A stretch of DNA of 64,000 bases, from contig OZ260664.1 in the NCBI GenBank assembly GCA_965285935.1, positions 41,850,001-41,914,000 on the forward strand. Reading direction: 5' to 3'. The notes under the pieces were generated by a model that ran no database searches, had not been told where the DNA came from, and was given only the letters and a program-made list of their open reading frames with translations. Origin of the DNA: Ophelia neglecta (lineage: Eukaryota). The position numbers were made by a program, and so were the translations under genes. This document shows, in pieces, positions 28,801-43,800 of this stretch; the first letter of the stretch is position 1; each line of letters starts with the position of its first letter.

Positions 28801-31800
28801 TTTGTATGGGAAACATGCCCTCTTTTAAACAGATCTCATGTTAAATGGATACGACGAGCTTAGCTTTAAGAAAATGTGTACTGTTCACTTTTTCAATGTA
28901 ACTTTAATATAACGTGCATATAACCTATTGCGGTTGAAATTGTTTTATTGCATGTGAAGTTACGTTTGAACATGTGTTGTGAAAGTAGATTTTTATGTCA
29001 GATATTGTAACAAGGTTGATAACAAGTCATTTCACCATTACCTTATAGTATAGTACTTTTATACATGCAGGTGGCCCAGTATTCTTTGAGCGCTTCCTCA
29101 GCGACCGGCTGGGCCCCCGCCATGGTGGTGATCCCGTCCATCGAACAGTACAACACTAGATATGTATTTGTCACGAGAAGTGATTTTGTGAACTTCATAA
29201 GCCTGGTCATCCCAAAAGATCAGCAGTCATCGTAAGTTTGTCTGAACTATTACCTCTCGTGTCTGCCTAGAACTCTTGAGACAACTAGTCTGCTATGGTT
29301 ATAGCTTTATCAGGGCTTCAATCAGGGTACTCCACAGAATTATATATCAACCTAAATCGCGTTGACAAAATTCATGATTCTTTTATAGTTTGTTCCTGGA
29401 TGATAAGCAAATAGTTTTCCCAGAAGGGACCGTTTTCCATGACTTCCCTTCCACAGTGCCGCCAATGGTAAGTATTATTCTATACAATGATTACCTTGTG
29501 ACTTAATTTTTTTTTAGTTTAGTAAACGTTTAAGAAAATGCGCCTTTTCTGAAAACTGAAGCATTATTCTGCATATTACTCTTTTTATTTATTTTAAAGG
29601 TTGGCACATCCTACAAGATGACCAATGACCCTGGTGGTATGCATCACCTTCAGCATCTGGGTGGCAAACTAAGGTTTGGTGCTTGGATATTTTCTCGTCT
29701 TTCAGGAGGGGGTAGCTGCACAGTGGCCTATAATGCCGGGAGTTGTATCAACGACCTTATTCCGGTAATTTAATGCCCAATACACCAACCAAACTAGTTA
29801 GCATACAAATGCTGCATTTTCTTTAACTTTATTCCAGCGGCATAAAGTCTGGAGACTAGTTGTGCCAAAAAACTAGTCGAAGCATGGTGAACGCTGATTG
29901 GCCCAGAAAGCAAATGACGCTTGGCCTGCTTTCGGCGATGACGTCACTACAGCGGCAGCGGCGCCCAGGGACACAGTGCTCTGGCAAAACGCGTCACTTG
30001 CCTTCGGGTTTAAATAGGTCAAACGTCATACATAGCAAACCAATTAGAGGCAGCCTTTTTTTTAAACACACCAATTACACATAGACAATATGTGCGCCAG
30101 CTTGTGCACACTGTTTTCTAGCATCGTATGATTTTAAACCTTTTTTTCTGAAAGTCTCCAGACTTTATGCCGCTGGTATAAGCATTGTTGTTGGATAATT
30201 GTTCATTTCGAGTGGACACTTGTTTAGCTTTGTACGATAAATGTCGACGTTCCGATAATGCCGGTAGAGCACGCATACACTGATTGGTTGGCTGATATTG
30301 TGTAACAATGTGCTAACTGGGTGGGTGGATGAATCGATTGACCACACGACGGCCAGGGTCACTTGTAGTTGTCTGTCACCAAGAATACAACGAACCATTG
30401 CGAATGTCATTTGATGCCCTTAGCTTTTAATTTTTCTTAATGGATACATTTTCGTTTACGCTTTCCTAATCATATGATATTGTGTTGTGGCTTTGTTTAC
30501 ATTGTCATTTTATTTTATTTTCACATTCATAGCCGGACCCTATTCCTCCGATAAGCGCTGTCCCTGCCACTGGTAAGCCGCACTTATTACATATCTAGCA
30601 GATTACGAATTTATGCTTCAATCGAGAAATCTGGTACAAGTTATTTGATAAAATATAAAACAGGAATATAGTCCCGGAAAACCAGGCAAGATCATTATCA
30701 AAAATAATCCATTAAGTCGCTACTAAATAACCAGGAGAGATAATTAAGTACACCAATGTATTTGTACTTATGTTGCAGCTGTATGCAATGCCGACTACTC
30801 GGGAAAGAGGTTTGTGGTTATGTTTTTGGAGAATCTGGGAGGCAGTTCGTCCGATGCTGTTTTGCTGATTACCAATCCCGGAACTTTCTCATCCCGTGTT
30901 GTCCTCGACGTGTTCGCCCCGTATGAAAATGCCTTTATAGCCAGTCAAATGGTCCTCCTCTCGGGAGAGGTAAGGCAGAAAATTGTGGTAAAAAAAGAGA
31001 TAATTCTATCGTATGACACTTTAAGTGCAGATGTCACTTATGTACCCATTAATACAGCACTGGATGCCGTTTTTTGTAGACATCGAAGGTGTCGGTGCCA
31101 AGACAATTTTTGTCGTCTGGTACTCAGAGAGACAGGAAGGCGGTTGTGATCGAGGCTGATGGAGATTTATTTGTGTCTGCTTATAACAACCAGAACTCTG
31201 CCTGTGGATCATATCAGGTCATTCCTACCGATGCCATCGGTTGGAATTACTACGTGGTAAATGCTAAACCTCAGGCTCTCTCTGGGCATGCCAATGTTGT
31301 CGGAGTGGCAGCCGTTGAGGACAATACCCAGGTACACCACTTCTTCATTATTTCAAATGTGTCAAAGCAAGAACAATAAACTTTAATTGTTGCAACATTT
31401 CCGTTGCGTACAGACGATAATGCAAGCAGTCCCTCTACCTCAGTGATCAATCTGAAATGGGCTAAAATCAGTATATTATTACCATGACCTATTTACTCAA
31501 TTGTAGATCACGTTCATGTTTCCTGTTGGACGGGGTATCAGTATTACATATGGGGGCAGACTCTATAACGATGCAAACAACAAACTTCTAGTTTCCCTCA
31601 ATCGCTATGAGACTGTTCATCTGAAGACAGAAGGCACCTTCTCCGACTTATCAGGTTTGAAGATTACCGGAACGAACCCTGTAGCGGTATTCGCCGGAGC
31701 CAACATGTTTCAGTTCAGCAATGGCCAACAAGACTACATGGTTGAGCAACTAACTCCCCTACACACACACGCTAGGACGTTCATTCTCTCCCCGATTCCA

Positions 31801-34800
31801 GGTCAGAGCTGATTGATTGATTGATTGATTGATTTACTTTACTTTACTTTACTTTACTTTACTTTACTTTACTTTACTTTACTTTACTTTACTTTACTTA
31901 AATAAAAAAAGCCTAATCATATCTAAGATCATATAAGCATAGCTATGCTTATATTGGACCAACTGATCTTAGGGCCTTGTGCGGGACTAATTTAATTATA
32001 GATGCCTTTTATATGCCTGAAAGATGTATTTAACCATTAAAGGTGTTGCAAACTACGGCTACACCGTTCTCGCTGACTCGGAGGAGGTTAATCTCAACCT
32101 GGGTGTTCGTCTCCAGCCTGGCATGTCACACCCCAGCACCGGTACCCCCGTCTCTCAGTCTGGGCCACTATACATACAGGCTACAGGTCAGTATGATTTA
32201 ATTTATCAATGCCTCAGTTTGAAATCAGACAAAAAAGTCTTCACAATTATATAAGATATGAATTAGTGTTTCCTGCGTATTAGCATTTTTTCACTTTTAA
32301 ATAATACATGAAAAAAGGTCATCATCAGAATGGTGAGTGACCTCGGAGAATACAATTTGAGTATTATTTGGACCGAGTTTAATGGATATAATCCCGATTA
32401 TTGATTTTGATTTGGTTGCTGGGTGACCAACACCTTTACCTCTTACAATGTATATATGTTACAGTGTCTAGTGCTTGTTTATTTAGGAGGTAAAGGTATT
32501 ACGGTGATGCAGTACGCAATAAGCGGGCCTGCCTCCATGATGGTAGTCCCTGGTATCGAGCAGTACCGAACAAATTACGTCTTCTACGTTAACCCGGACG
32601 CTAACAATGCCTATGTGATGCTGATGGTGGAAAGTGCAAAAACGAACGGCATGTACCTGAACGGCCGCCTGGCCGTGTTCTCCCAGCAGTGGTCGTCCGT
32701 TCAGGGCAGCACTTATCAAACTAATTACATAGGAGTAGCCGCCGGACAGCTCCACAGACTGCAGCACACGGATGGCGTCTCGAAGTTCGGGGCTTACATG
32801 TACCTATCCTTCAGCTCCGGGGCCTGCAGCGCACTCCAAACTATTGGCTTCTGCCTACACACTATACAAGATGTAAGTAGCAGCCACATTCTGCAAAGGC
32901 CCCCGATGATATTTCGTAGGCAAATAATCAATTAATCCCAATATCATTATTGTTTTTCTTTAATTTCACAAGTGAAATGATTATTTCTAGCCGGTTATCC
33001 CAGATCCAGCAGTTCATCAGGCAGCATGTAAGTGTTATTTGAAATATGTCGTAGTACTGTCGGTGAATGAGCTTTAAATTTTCCCGCCCATTTACTAACG
33101 CACAAGCAACCGAATCAAAACGAACTGTTCTCTGCAAACACGGTTTTATTAATTTTTCTTGCACATATTGAATAATGATACTCGTCTTTTTCTTTTGTAG
33201 CAAGATGCAATACTGATTATTTCGGTCGTTTCTTTGTGCTGGCCTATCTTGGGATGAATGGAAACGCTCCCAACAATCTTGCCTTATACATCACAAACGC
33301 GGGTACCACGACTTCCGACGTTAGGGTGAGAACTGCGTCTCGTTAACAAGATATCTCCGCTATAATTATAACTAAATACTAGGGCACGCTGGCTAAGCTA
33401 TAGGGTTTCTGTCTTGATGAGTTAGAAACGAATGAAAGACACTTGCTTCAGTAGCTTTTCCTTTTTATGAAATATTAAACACTGCTTAATGCATGTAATT
33501 TTAATATTTGTATAAGCTTATATAACAAATCATCTAAACTTGTGTTAAAGAGCACAGTACGTTTCTAGGTGACAGTGTCTGTGCCGTCGAAAGAACCTAT
33601 TTTATCAGAAACTAAGGAAATTCCTCAGGGTACCACTGAGATATTCCGTCTAGACTCTTCTTTACAAGTGAGTATTTAGTCCCAACTAGTTCGTATTCTG
33701 TTGTTCTTGTTGGTGTATATATACATTTTTATATACAAGTCAATTTACAGTTACAAAGCAGCCAGTATAGTGACAATGGAGTTAACATCATTGCCAATGG
33801 GGAGGTCTCCGTGCTGGCTGTCAATGAACAAGCCGAGGGCTGTGGCGCCTTTCAGGTAGGCCATTACTATCACAAAAAGTATTATATTAGGATTAGAAAT
33901 AAAACTGATATTCTGCAGGTTGTGTTCTCGTAACGCTTTTATTATGTTCTGACGCAACTAAAAATTGTGTTTATATTTCTGTTTAGGTCATTCCTTTTGA
34001 TGGATTAGGCTACACCTACATAATAATGATGTCCAAACCCCGCAACGCTGCAGGTAGCAAACTAACTATTGTGTTCTTAATTCTTAAGTTAATAGCCATT
34101 ATGAAAACAATCAACTAGGTAACTTCCTGATGAGTTCGTACCGATTCAGTTCTCTATTCTTGACTGATGATTTGGCGTAAGTCTGCCGGGTATCTACGCC
34201 CGTTTTTCCGTGGAGCCTACGCGTATACTGTGGTACCTACGTATAAACAACTCTCTCGGCATGCCCTTTATTTATTGATGGCTGTCTGATATCTACCGAC
34301 AGGTAGTGAGAAGAATCTTTTCGCTGTAATGGCCACGGAAGCTGACACCGCCGTGCTGTTTTATTTGCCTGCCGATCGTAACGTGAAGTTCGTCGTTGAT
34401 GGGCAAACCTACTCAAGCCAGGGTGTGTCCAATCTAGTGTTTGAAAAGCGCCTTAATGTATTCCAGGTAAGTCGTATTCTATCTTTAAACAGGCTACTAT
34501 TCACATAATAGGCTACTTTTCAACTACACGTCTGTTTATATGTGTAAATAATTTTTCTGGTTTATTATCGTCCACTCTTTCACATACTAAACTTTTACAA
34601 ATGAATACTAGGGAAGGTTAATTTTCCCTTTAGAATATGTTCTAATCAGTGATTGATTTTCTTTTTCGTTCAGGTGCTGGTTCTGGAGGCGGTGGATGCC
34701 TCATATGAGACAGCCGGTGTCTACATATCGTCCACCAAGAAGATCGCAGTGTTTAGTGGTTCTGTGTCTCTTGACATAGGCTCCATGGGTAATCCAGACT

Positions 34801-37800
34801 TTGTAGTGGAACAAATGCTACCCGTGTACACGTTTGGTAAAACCCACGTGATAGTACCCATCCCTGACAACGATAGATATGGCTACCAGATTGTCAGCCC
34901 CACTCCGGACGTCTCCGTATCAGGTAAAACCAGGTTTACAATCGCTCTTCTGTGTTCGGCGTGGCATGTCGCCCTGCCTTATAAGGAACACTGTTATTTT
35001 TGTTGCACGTCATTCCATTTGTTACAGTACTCTTTAATTTCCTTTGAATACATGATAAGTTATATGAAGATACGGATTATACTCACAGGGAGTTTCTCGG
35101 CGGCTATTGGTGAGGGTATTTGGCCGACCAATGCCCAACCGGCGGAGTCGAATCAACCGGTGTTTATAAGTGCAAGTAGTGGGGTTCTTGTGGCTCAATA
35201 CTCACTCAGTCAAACAGACAGAAGCAAAGGCTCCCCCACCTTTCTCTTGGTGCCATCGATTGATCAATACAGCAATATATACGTATTTTTCGTCCCATCG
35301 GCTGTTGTCAGCTACACAGCGTATGTTAACTTATGCTACTATAATCAACCCAAGAATAACATACCAGAAATTTATTTATAGGTAATTTACAATAAACGAA
35401 TCTTTAAAGTTCATAGTACATTTAGAAATGTTGTTGTATTTCTTTTAAGTATGCATGAATAACTGTGCACACGTCTTATTTGCTTTTGTCGATTTGATTA
35501 AAGGTACCTTATGTTGGCGATTGAGAATGACAAGAAATCCGAGTTGTATTTAGACAATGCACTTCTCAACATAGCTTGGATGGATGTGCCAAACTCCAAT
35601 CCTCCGATGGTTGCAGGTTGATTTTATTATTATACAGGACCTTAATTCTAAATGGGAATTATTTGTCATCCATATTTTACTCAAATTCTCATTGTTGGTA
35701 TTTATAAATATGCATGTACACATTATTTCTCTGAAACGAAATGATAATTGTCCCGTTAGAAAAAAACTAAGAGAAACATTAAGTCAATGAACCAAATGTT
35801 CGACACACTGATTATCTAAGGAAATGTGGGTGTTTATCTCGACAGGTCACATTCAGATCGCTAACAAGGCTTCCCCTTACCGTCTGCAGCACGTGGACGG
35901 AGTGACAAAGTTCGGAGCCTACATCTTCGCCCGAGACCAGTCGGGGACTCGGACCTGCTCCATCGCCTACCAGGCAGGCGGCTGTCTGAACGCTCTCACA
36001 CAGGTTGGCATTTAGTATTACAACCAACAGGGCACTACAGCGGAATTAGAACTTATGATAAGAAGCTGAAAGTACAAAGAAAATACATAATAAATTTAAA
36101 AAGTGATAACACTTGCAATGACAAGCAGTCAACGTCAACGAAGTGAGTTGATGCACAGAACAAACGAGTTAGTGATCACCTGAGGAACTGAATTTCTTGT
36201 TGCCACCAGAATTACATTGAAACTTCCTTGGAATAATCCTTTTACAGTTATTTATTTTTAACACAAGGGCTTCTTTCATTTTTCTTATATTTACACGTTT
36301 CATTCGCATCCCAAAGTGAGGTTGCGTTTCATTCCCCTTTCAACACAAAAGAATTATTAACACTCTTTTTTAAAACTTATTTCTCTTATAAAAAAAACCG
36401 TCAAGCCTAGCACAGTATAAAACGGACGAAGCTCTCAACAGTTTACTTCTGTGTTTAATGTCATGCAGTTTCGTAAAACTGATTTATTGGCGCAGATTCA
36501 AAATGTATGTATAGGCTAAACGGAACTTTGTGTATTGCAGCCACAACCACGGCTCACAACCACGACTATTGCACCGATAAACGGTAAGGTTGATCTAAGT
36601 GTTCATTTTGTCCGATATTACTTACAGCTTCACTATGTGGGTAACACCCTAAACCATATTAGGCATATGTTGATTGCTGCTAATAGTATATATGACATTG
36701 CTTCTGCAAACATTAAAAGCAGACTTTGGTCTTTTTGTAAATGTAATTTACATCTACATAATATACTTATCATTTATGAGCCTTTATTCCAGTATTAGGA
36801 AAAATACCATTCATATATATTAAGTTATGACGATTTTTTATAGCATATTAATGCATCGGTAAATCCAAAATTCGAGCGCAAATTCAACACTTTTAAACAG
36901 CAGGGTCCTTTTAGTTCGTAATCATTTCGTCTAATAATATTGTTTCCTTTTGATTGTAGACCAGTGTACTTTAGATTACGAAGGAGACGAGTTCATATTT
37001 ACGTTTTTGGCGAATTCCGGTGTTAGTGAGAATATGCGACTGTTAATAACCAATCCTTCAGCGACCATAGCCACGGTAACTGCCAAGGTTCCGGGTCAAC
37101 CCGACAGCAACTTTCTCGTCCAACCCCACTCTACCAGCTTCTTCAATATTGATGGAAACATCCAGGTGTGGTATCTCGTATTATTGAAACAAAGGTGTTA
37201 TCAAACCACTAAGTATACACACTGTGTCTATCCGGCCCGCTCAATTGTCAGAACATATATCATATAAAATAGTAGAATAATTAAATGTATAAGATTACGT
37301 GTTGTGTAATTATCTAGATTCGATGGTTTGTTTTATAAACTCATTTAGATGGTATATATTTCAAACGTAAGTGTACATATTATATATCCAAATGCCAACA
37401 ATCCAATTAATCTCAATTTAAGGCGGAGCGGTATACCGTGAGCAGGCGGGCTATCGAGGTGTTCTCTTCAGGGGCCAAAGTATCCATAGTCGCTATCAAC
37501 AAGCAGACTGGTGGCTGTGGGGGCTTCCAGGTATGTGGCCAGCTTTTAACCTACATTGATAAGAATTAAGACCATGGGTGGAATTTAAGTAGTTGGAGGT
37601 ATTAGCAAACAGGACTTAAAGTATTGGCCCACAGAAAAAAATGATTGAGGTCACAATTTGAGCGCCTTCAGCAGTCAACGAACATGTCATACGTCCGGCA
37701 AAAAGCGTACGGGGGTGTTCTATGAAAAAATCCCTAACAGTTAAATTGCTTCACGTGGTGGTACAATAAAAGTTAGAAAAAAGCGTTAATTAGGCAACTA

Positions 37801-40800
37801 TAAGGGAGCCTGCATTGTGCAAGACATACTCGAGTTTACGTGATTCAATGAGATAAGACTTGCCTTGTAATTAATAAAAACAAATCATATCTGATATCAC
37901 CGGAAATGAGATATAATCAACATTATCCATGATACGAGTCAGAACACAAACGAGTCAGTGGTCAACGTACGTTAAGATCAAATATGCCACATAGAATCTG
38001 TGACAGAAAAAGAGAATATAAGTTTATTTGTTCCGTTAAACATAAAACCAGAGAAGGCGTAAGAGGTCTTTACGTTTTAATTAGGACAATGATATAGTTT
38101 CTCCTTTGTAGCGCAATATAATGTTTAAGCTAAAAATTGAACCAGTTTCGCTGTTATGTTGACCGAACATATACAACATACGTTTTATACCAGTATAAAT
38201 TCAAAGCATATACAAATAATCCCTAGACAAGTATAAGCGGAATAGATCCCTTATACCCATTTCAGTAAAGTTTACGGGATAGGGGGCTTCCCAAAGCTGT
38301 ACGCCAACTGTGCAAATATATTTGGATTTTTATGAGACCCCGTCAAGTAATTCTGGCGAATTGGTTAATGTTAATTTCAATCGAAGACGTTAACTATTTG
38401 AGCAATGGGTGTTTCTTCTATTCCCTTTTCATGTTTTCCAGGTTCTCCCTAAGGAGTCCCTGGGTTACAGTTACTATGCCATGGCGGCCCGAGTTAGCGG
38501 ACCCAGCTTAGCGTCTACGAGTCTAGCTGTAGTAGCCACTGAAGACAACACAGATGTAACATTCCAGCTACGTCACAACACAGGGGTGCAGTTCTATATG
38601 AATAATATTCTTTACAAAGACGAGTCAGGCAGGGATATCTTGACTCTCAAACTACAGGCGGGAGATACTGTCCTTATTCAGTCGGCCTTCGGAGCCACTG
38701 ATATAACTGGCACAAAGGTCTACTCCCAAAAAAAGGTGAGTATAAATAATATAAAGATAAGGTAATTAATACGCTGCATCTTGTTACGCCATGACCGAGC
38801 TTTACTTACTGAGCAACATTATTTTCAAATACACTTTTTAAGTAATGAGTTTATAAGTTACTTACATCTGCTATTGAACTTATTTTTTTACTTGAAGGAT
38901 ATCATTGATATATTTTTGTATGAGGAATTTTACTAAAAATTTACAATACCTCCATGAACAGATAGCTGTGTTTGCCGGTGCTATGTCTATCGACTGGCAG
39001 AATGGGAACAGAGACCATATTGTTGAGCAGATGATGCCTGAACATGTGCTTGCTGATGAGTACATTCTGGTGCCCATACCGGGGCAGTCTAGTTACGGAT
39101 ATCTCATTATGGTAAGGCCAAGGTCATTGTAACCATTTTCACTTATTTTAAAAGAGTATGTGATTGACAGCTGAACATCTTGTGTGATCACCTTTAGTAT
39201 TTGTGCACAAAACATGCGCATACATCTGCGTAAAACACCTGTGGAAGCCACTTGCGACAGCCACCACATGTGACGTGATTGTTAGGTTATTGTCGTGGAA
39301 GTTTAAGTAACTAGACATACATGTATTAACATCTAAACCTGTCTACTACACAATTTGGATTCTGCCAGTGGCTTAGAATTCGCCACAAACAAAACATGCG
39401 TTTACAATAATATATTTTCGAGAGCCTGCCTCACACGCCCCATGCTTAATAATCTTTCAAGGCCACCGAAGATGGTACCAACCACAATCGTGCATTTGAC
39501 GTACTAGGAGCAGGAGATACGTTTCCCGAATCTGGCGTGCCCCTGCAAACAACTGGTCCTCTCTTTGTGCGCAGTCTCGGCAAAAAGCCAATCGTTGTTG
39601 CCCAGTACGTGCTTGGTATGAGTAGTAGTGTATCGGCCCCTAGCATGATTATGGTGCCAAGCATGAAGCAATGGAGGAACACCTACAGGTGAGCTTTAAT
39701 GGTTGACCACTTAAGGTGTGCACTAAATAAGTTGTGACCCAAATTTTATTTTAATATCATCCATTATTGTGATCTCAGAAAAACCGTAAATTCCATCACG
39801 CTGAAATACGGTTTTCAGGCAAGTTTGTGTACAACGGGTTACATATATTTTCAGCGTACTGTTTAATTTGAAAAAAAAATGTACTAAGGGTGTTTGAGTT
39901 GCCGAGTTCACTGTACAGCAGTAAATGTCAACACAATTTTACAACACAAAACCATCGTGCATGATATTTATTTTAAAGAAAAACACTTTCAAATAATTAT
40001 AACATAGAAACCTAAGGTACGGTGTACAATATATTTCACCATATTTTGTTTTTACAGACTTCAAAATGTTAAACTGGACAGCATTTGCAATGATTTTTAT
40101 ACGCGTCTAATAACGACATTATTTTTTTTTACAAATGACGCCAAGCATAACTAATTTTCATATTCATATTTATGGCGTTGATGTTACGCTTAATCAGAAC
40201 ATTTCAAGATATTTTTCTTTGACCATGCCCGTTGTCAGTGTTAACACCCGGTGGTGCATCCTATATGTATTCCATGGATGTATATACGATTTGTGTAAAT
40301 TTCGTCCGACATTGAAAAGTAAGAACGTATATCATGTGTATATTATGCGATCAAAAATTCTTGCTTGCACCCAGTGAAAGTGGGAAGTATTTATTTATCC
40401 TTTCAGTTTTTACGTTCCCGGTGAAGACTTCACGGAGACGTACCTTTTACTTGCAATTGAGACTGGCAAGGAAAACAACCTGATCCTAAATGGGAGCCAA
40501 CCTGTGTCGATCACATGGAGCACCGTAGGAATATTACTCTAGCCATTAACTAAATCCTTCAAAATGGCTGGCAATATATTGACTTAGTTCAGCTATTTTA
40601 CTTGTACATATTCGCCTTGCTCTGCGTTGCTAATTTTAACTTGGCTAAAATCTGATGTTCACATGTTGTGTATATTTTAAACATATAATCATCAGGTCAA
40701 TGAAATCTAAGGCTGCTTCTTTTGGCATACCATTTTCTGTTCTTTCGAATTCCAGTTTCGTGTTTTGCAGATATTAGAATTGACCAAACAGTAAAAAGCG

Positions 40801-43800
40801 AAAGCCAAGAAACGTTGTAATTCAATAGTCCTAGGCTAGATATATGGAATGCCTCCACCCCACCTCTGTTTGTAACAACCGTTCTTATTTTACACAAGGT
40901 ACCTGATGTAGCCAGCTACGTTGTTGGGAGTGTACGAGTCCCTGGGACCGGATACTGTAGAATACAGGTGTCTGACGGGACGACGCGCTTTGGAGCCTAC
41001 CTATACGGCGCCACGGCCTCCAGCGGCCGAGCCTGCTCGATCCTCACACAGATTGGCATGTGTCTCGACACCAGAAGAGCGGTAAGCTATACCTTATTGT
41101 CCTTGGTAATTTGTTTTTGAAAAAATCGAAGAAAAATGCGTCAATAAAGCCAATAGATGACTTGTATTAAGTGTGCCATTATCAATATGCAATACGTATA
41201 GAATAAGCGTCTTCATATTTTCCTCACAAAATTGAACAACACGCAAAACAATTTATCTGGTAAATAAAAAGGGCCTTGTAAAGTTTGAAAGTTAGAGAGC
41301 CGTTAGAAAGGTGCCTTTGAGAACAATATTATTCAACCTATCTAAACAAAGAGCTCCTCCTCCTCTCCCACCCCCACTACTCCCACACATACAAGAACAT
41401 ACAGCCCACTCAACTTACCAATACCTCTTCTTATTGCTATTTTCCCCTCCCTTGAATTGAATCAAGTGTGCGGATCGGCAATAACTAATTATGTGCTGAT
41501 ATGCACAGGGTCCCTGTTTTGTATTTGCATGACTATATCAATGTACCTATACATTATAAATTACGCCGTTACAGACAACCATTCCACCGGAACCACCAAC
41601 AACTAGGTCTCCAGAACCTATGCCAGGTAAACGATCAATGTTAGATATATGTTACAAAAATGTTAATGAGCAACGTGTACTGATTTATCAGTAGGGAGAA
41701 AATCTATCATCATTGTCTAACAACCGTTGAGAGGCTCTGAATGATAAACTGTATTCATCATATCTGTATATACATGTTTTTATTCTCCTTATGTAAATTA
41801 GCAGAGTACGATATAAAATACAAGTATATAGAAAAATAATGATATAGGTAAATATGATATTGATAGTAACGTTCAGAGACACAGTCTTTTACGATAAGCG
41901 CATTAATTTTGGTGAATATGATATACTCTGTGTTTCCCCTTGGCAGGAACACGATGTCGTAAGGACTACATAGGTCGGGAGTTTGCCCTTGTGTTCACTC
42001 AAGCGAATGGCAATGACATGGACCTGGAGGTGTACGCCGCCTCCGACATCAACATCAACATAGAAATCAAGGTCAGGCGTCTCTCAAACTATTGTCAGCA
42101 CTGTCACAAATACAGAAACAAATTGCCATTAATTTATCAAAATGATTAGAACATCTTTAAGATATTATTAAACCGCAAAGTAAAATGTGTGCCATTAATT
42201 AAACATGATGATTACAAAAAAAGGTTCACTGTCATCATTATCTTTATTTATAATAAGACACAGTTCAATGTAACTATGATTTATGACCCAGTTGTCATAT
42301 TGGTAGTCTGTGTATAACGTGGGACAACAAAGTTATGTAGCGAACCATCTGTTTATTGTTCATGAATACACGTTGTACATAATGTAGCGACGTGGAAATA
42401 GCGCCTTTTCTGTAAGTGACAAAAGTTCGGCTTCCGAAGCACAATGCAGAAGTTTCGATCATAGCTCTGTGGTCCCAAGTTAGACATAGCCTTCCAATAT
42501 GACATTAGCCCCCACCCTATTAACTAACTCCCGATATCTCGGTATGTAGGCAACACAGAGCGATAGGGGTCGGAGGGGGCATGGATTTGGTGGTACTCGG
42601 ATCGAAATAAAACTCGGCTGTCGCCTTGGTTTATCTCCTCCAGTACCACCAGAAACCCGTGCTATAACTAATAACTATTTATCTTAGCTAATTTCAATGT
42701 AGATGTTGGACATGTGGTCATGCTTGCCCCCTCCCATTATAGGTGAGCGCGCCTACCTACCAGAACCCAGGAGACGTGGAACAAACGGTAACGCTGACTC
42801 GGAACCAAAAACTGTTAATCACTCTGCCGGCAGCCCTGCGGTTAACCAGCGCGGGTGTAGAGAAGAAAGGCATCAAGATCGAGGCCAGCGAGGATATTGT
42901 CGTCTTCGCATTAAACAGAATTACTGGAAATTGTGGCGGGTAAGAGTAGATTGAATTCGTTTGCGATCATTATTATTTGTGTAAAGAAAGCACGGTAATG
43001 AAAATAATTTATATTCGTGTCTCCTAAAGGATGTTCCCTTTTATATCCAGGGGAGGGTGTATGTGCTTTTCTTCTGTTAACTGCTAAAATAGGACTCTGG
43101 AATTTCAACATGCATAACTCTGAAACTACTAGTTAACAGCGACTCGTTTGGTTTGAGATAAAAATAGCCTAGCATGGGAAAAACATAAGTAAAAACTACA
43201 TCCCCGTCCCCGACTATACTGGAACGCCCTAAACTAGGCCTACCATTCAAACACATGAAACAAATGCTATTACAACAAGAAAGCGGCTAGACGCCTGCTA
43301 GAACCAGACAAGTCGCGGCCTGACTCCACCATGCGTATACGGTCGGTTTGATAAAACATACAAGGGGCTTGGCTGCACACACTGACATTTTCCTCATCGA
43401 TTGTCATCCTCTGAATCGTGACGCACGTAAAACATATGTGACATTGTTAGAACCATACAGCTATCTCTCAGCAGATGTTATTTTTACTGTTTATACTCCT
43501 CCTTCGAGGATTTTGCAGACTCCTGTATATTATGTAAAGTTCATTCTTATCTCCCATCCTACACTACAGTTACATGGCCATCCCTACTGATGCCTTGGAG
43601 TCGGTTTATTTTGTTACGAGTCGTATGCCCGAGGCCGTCCCGGCCTCCCCAGCTAAGATCAGCGTCATTGCCGTGGCAGCAGTCGATCCCGGGACATCAA
43701 TTACCTTCATTTTCCAAGGAAACGGAGCAGTGCGCTGGCAGGGGATCACGTACGTAGTAAAGTTAAGGCAAATGGCGGCCAAACATATACATGATTGCAA

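Noticed and set aside
34924-35088. 165-nt stop-free in-frame intron (ORF 34653-35381 reads through it)
   Set aside because: Canonical GT-AG ends, intron-like composition and no counterpart in other repeats; one such case among about 100 introns is expected by chance.
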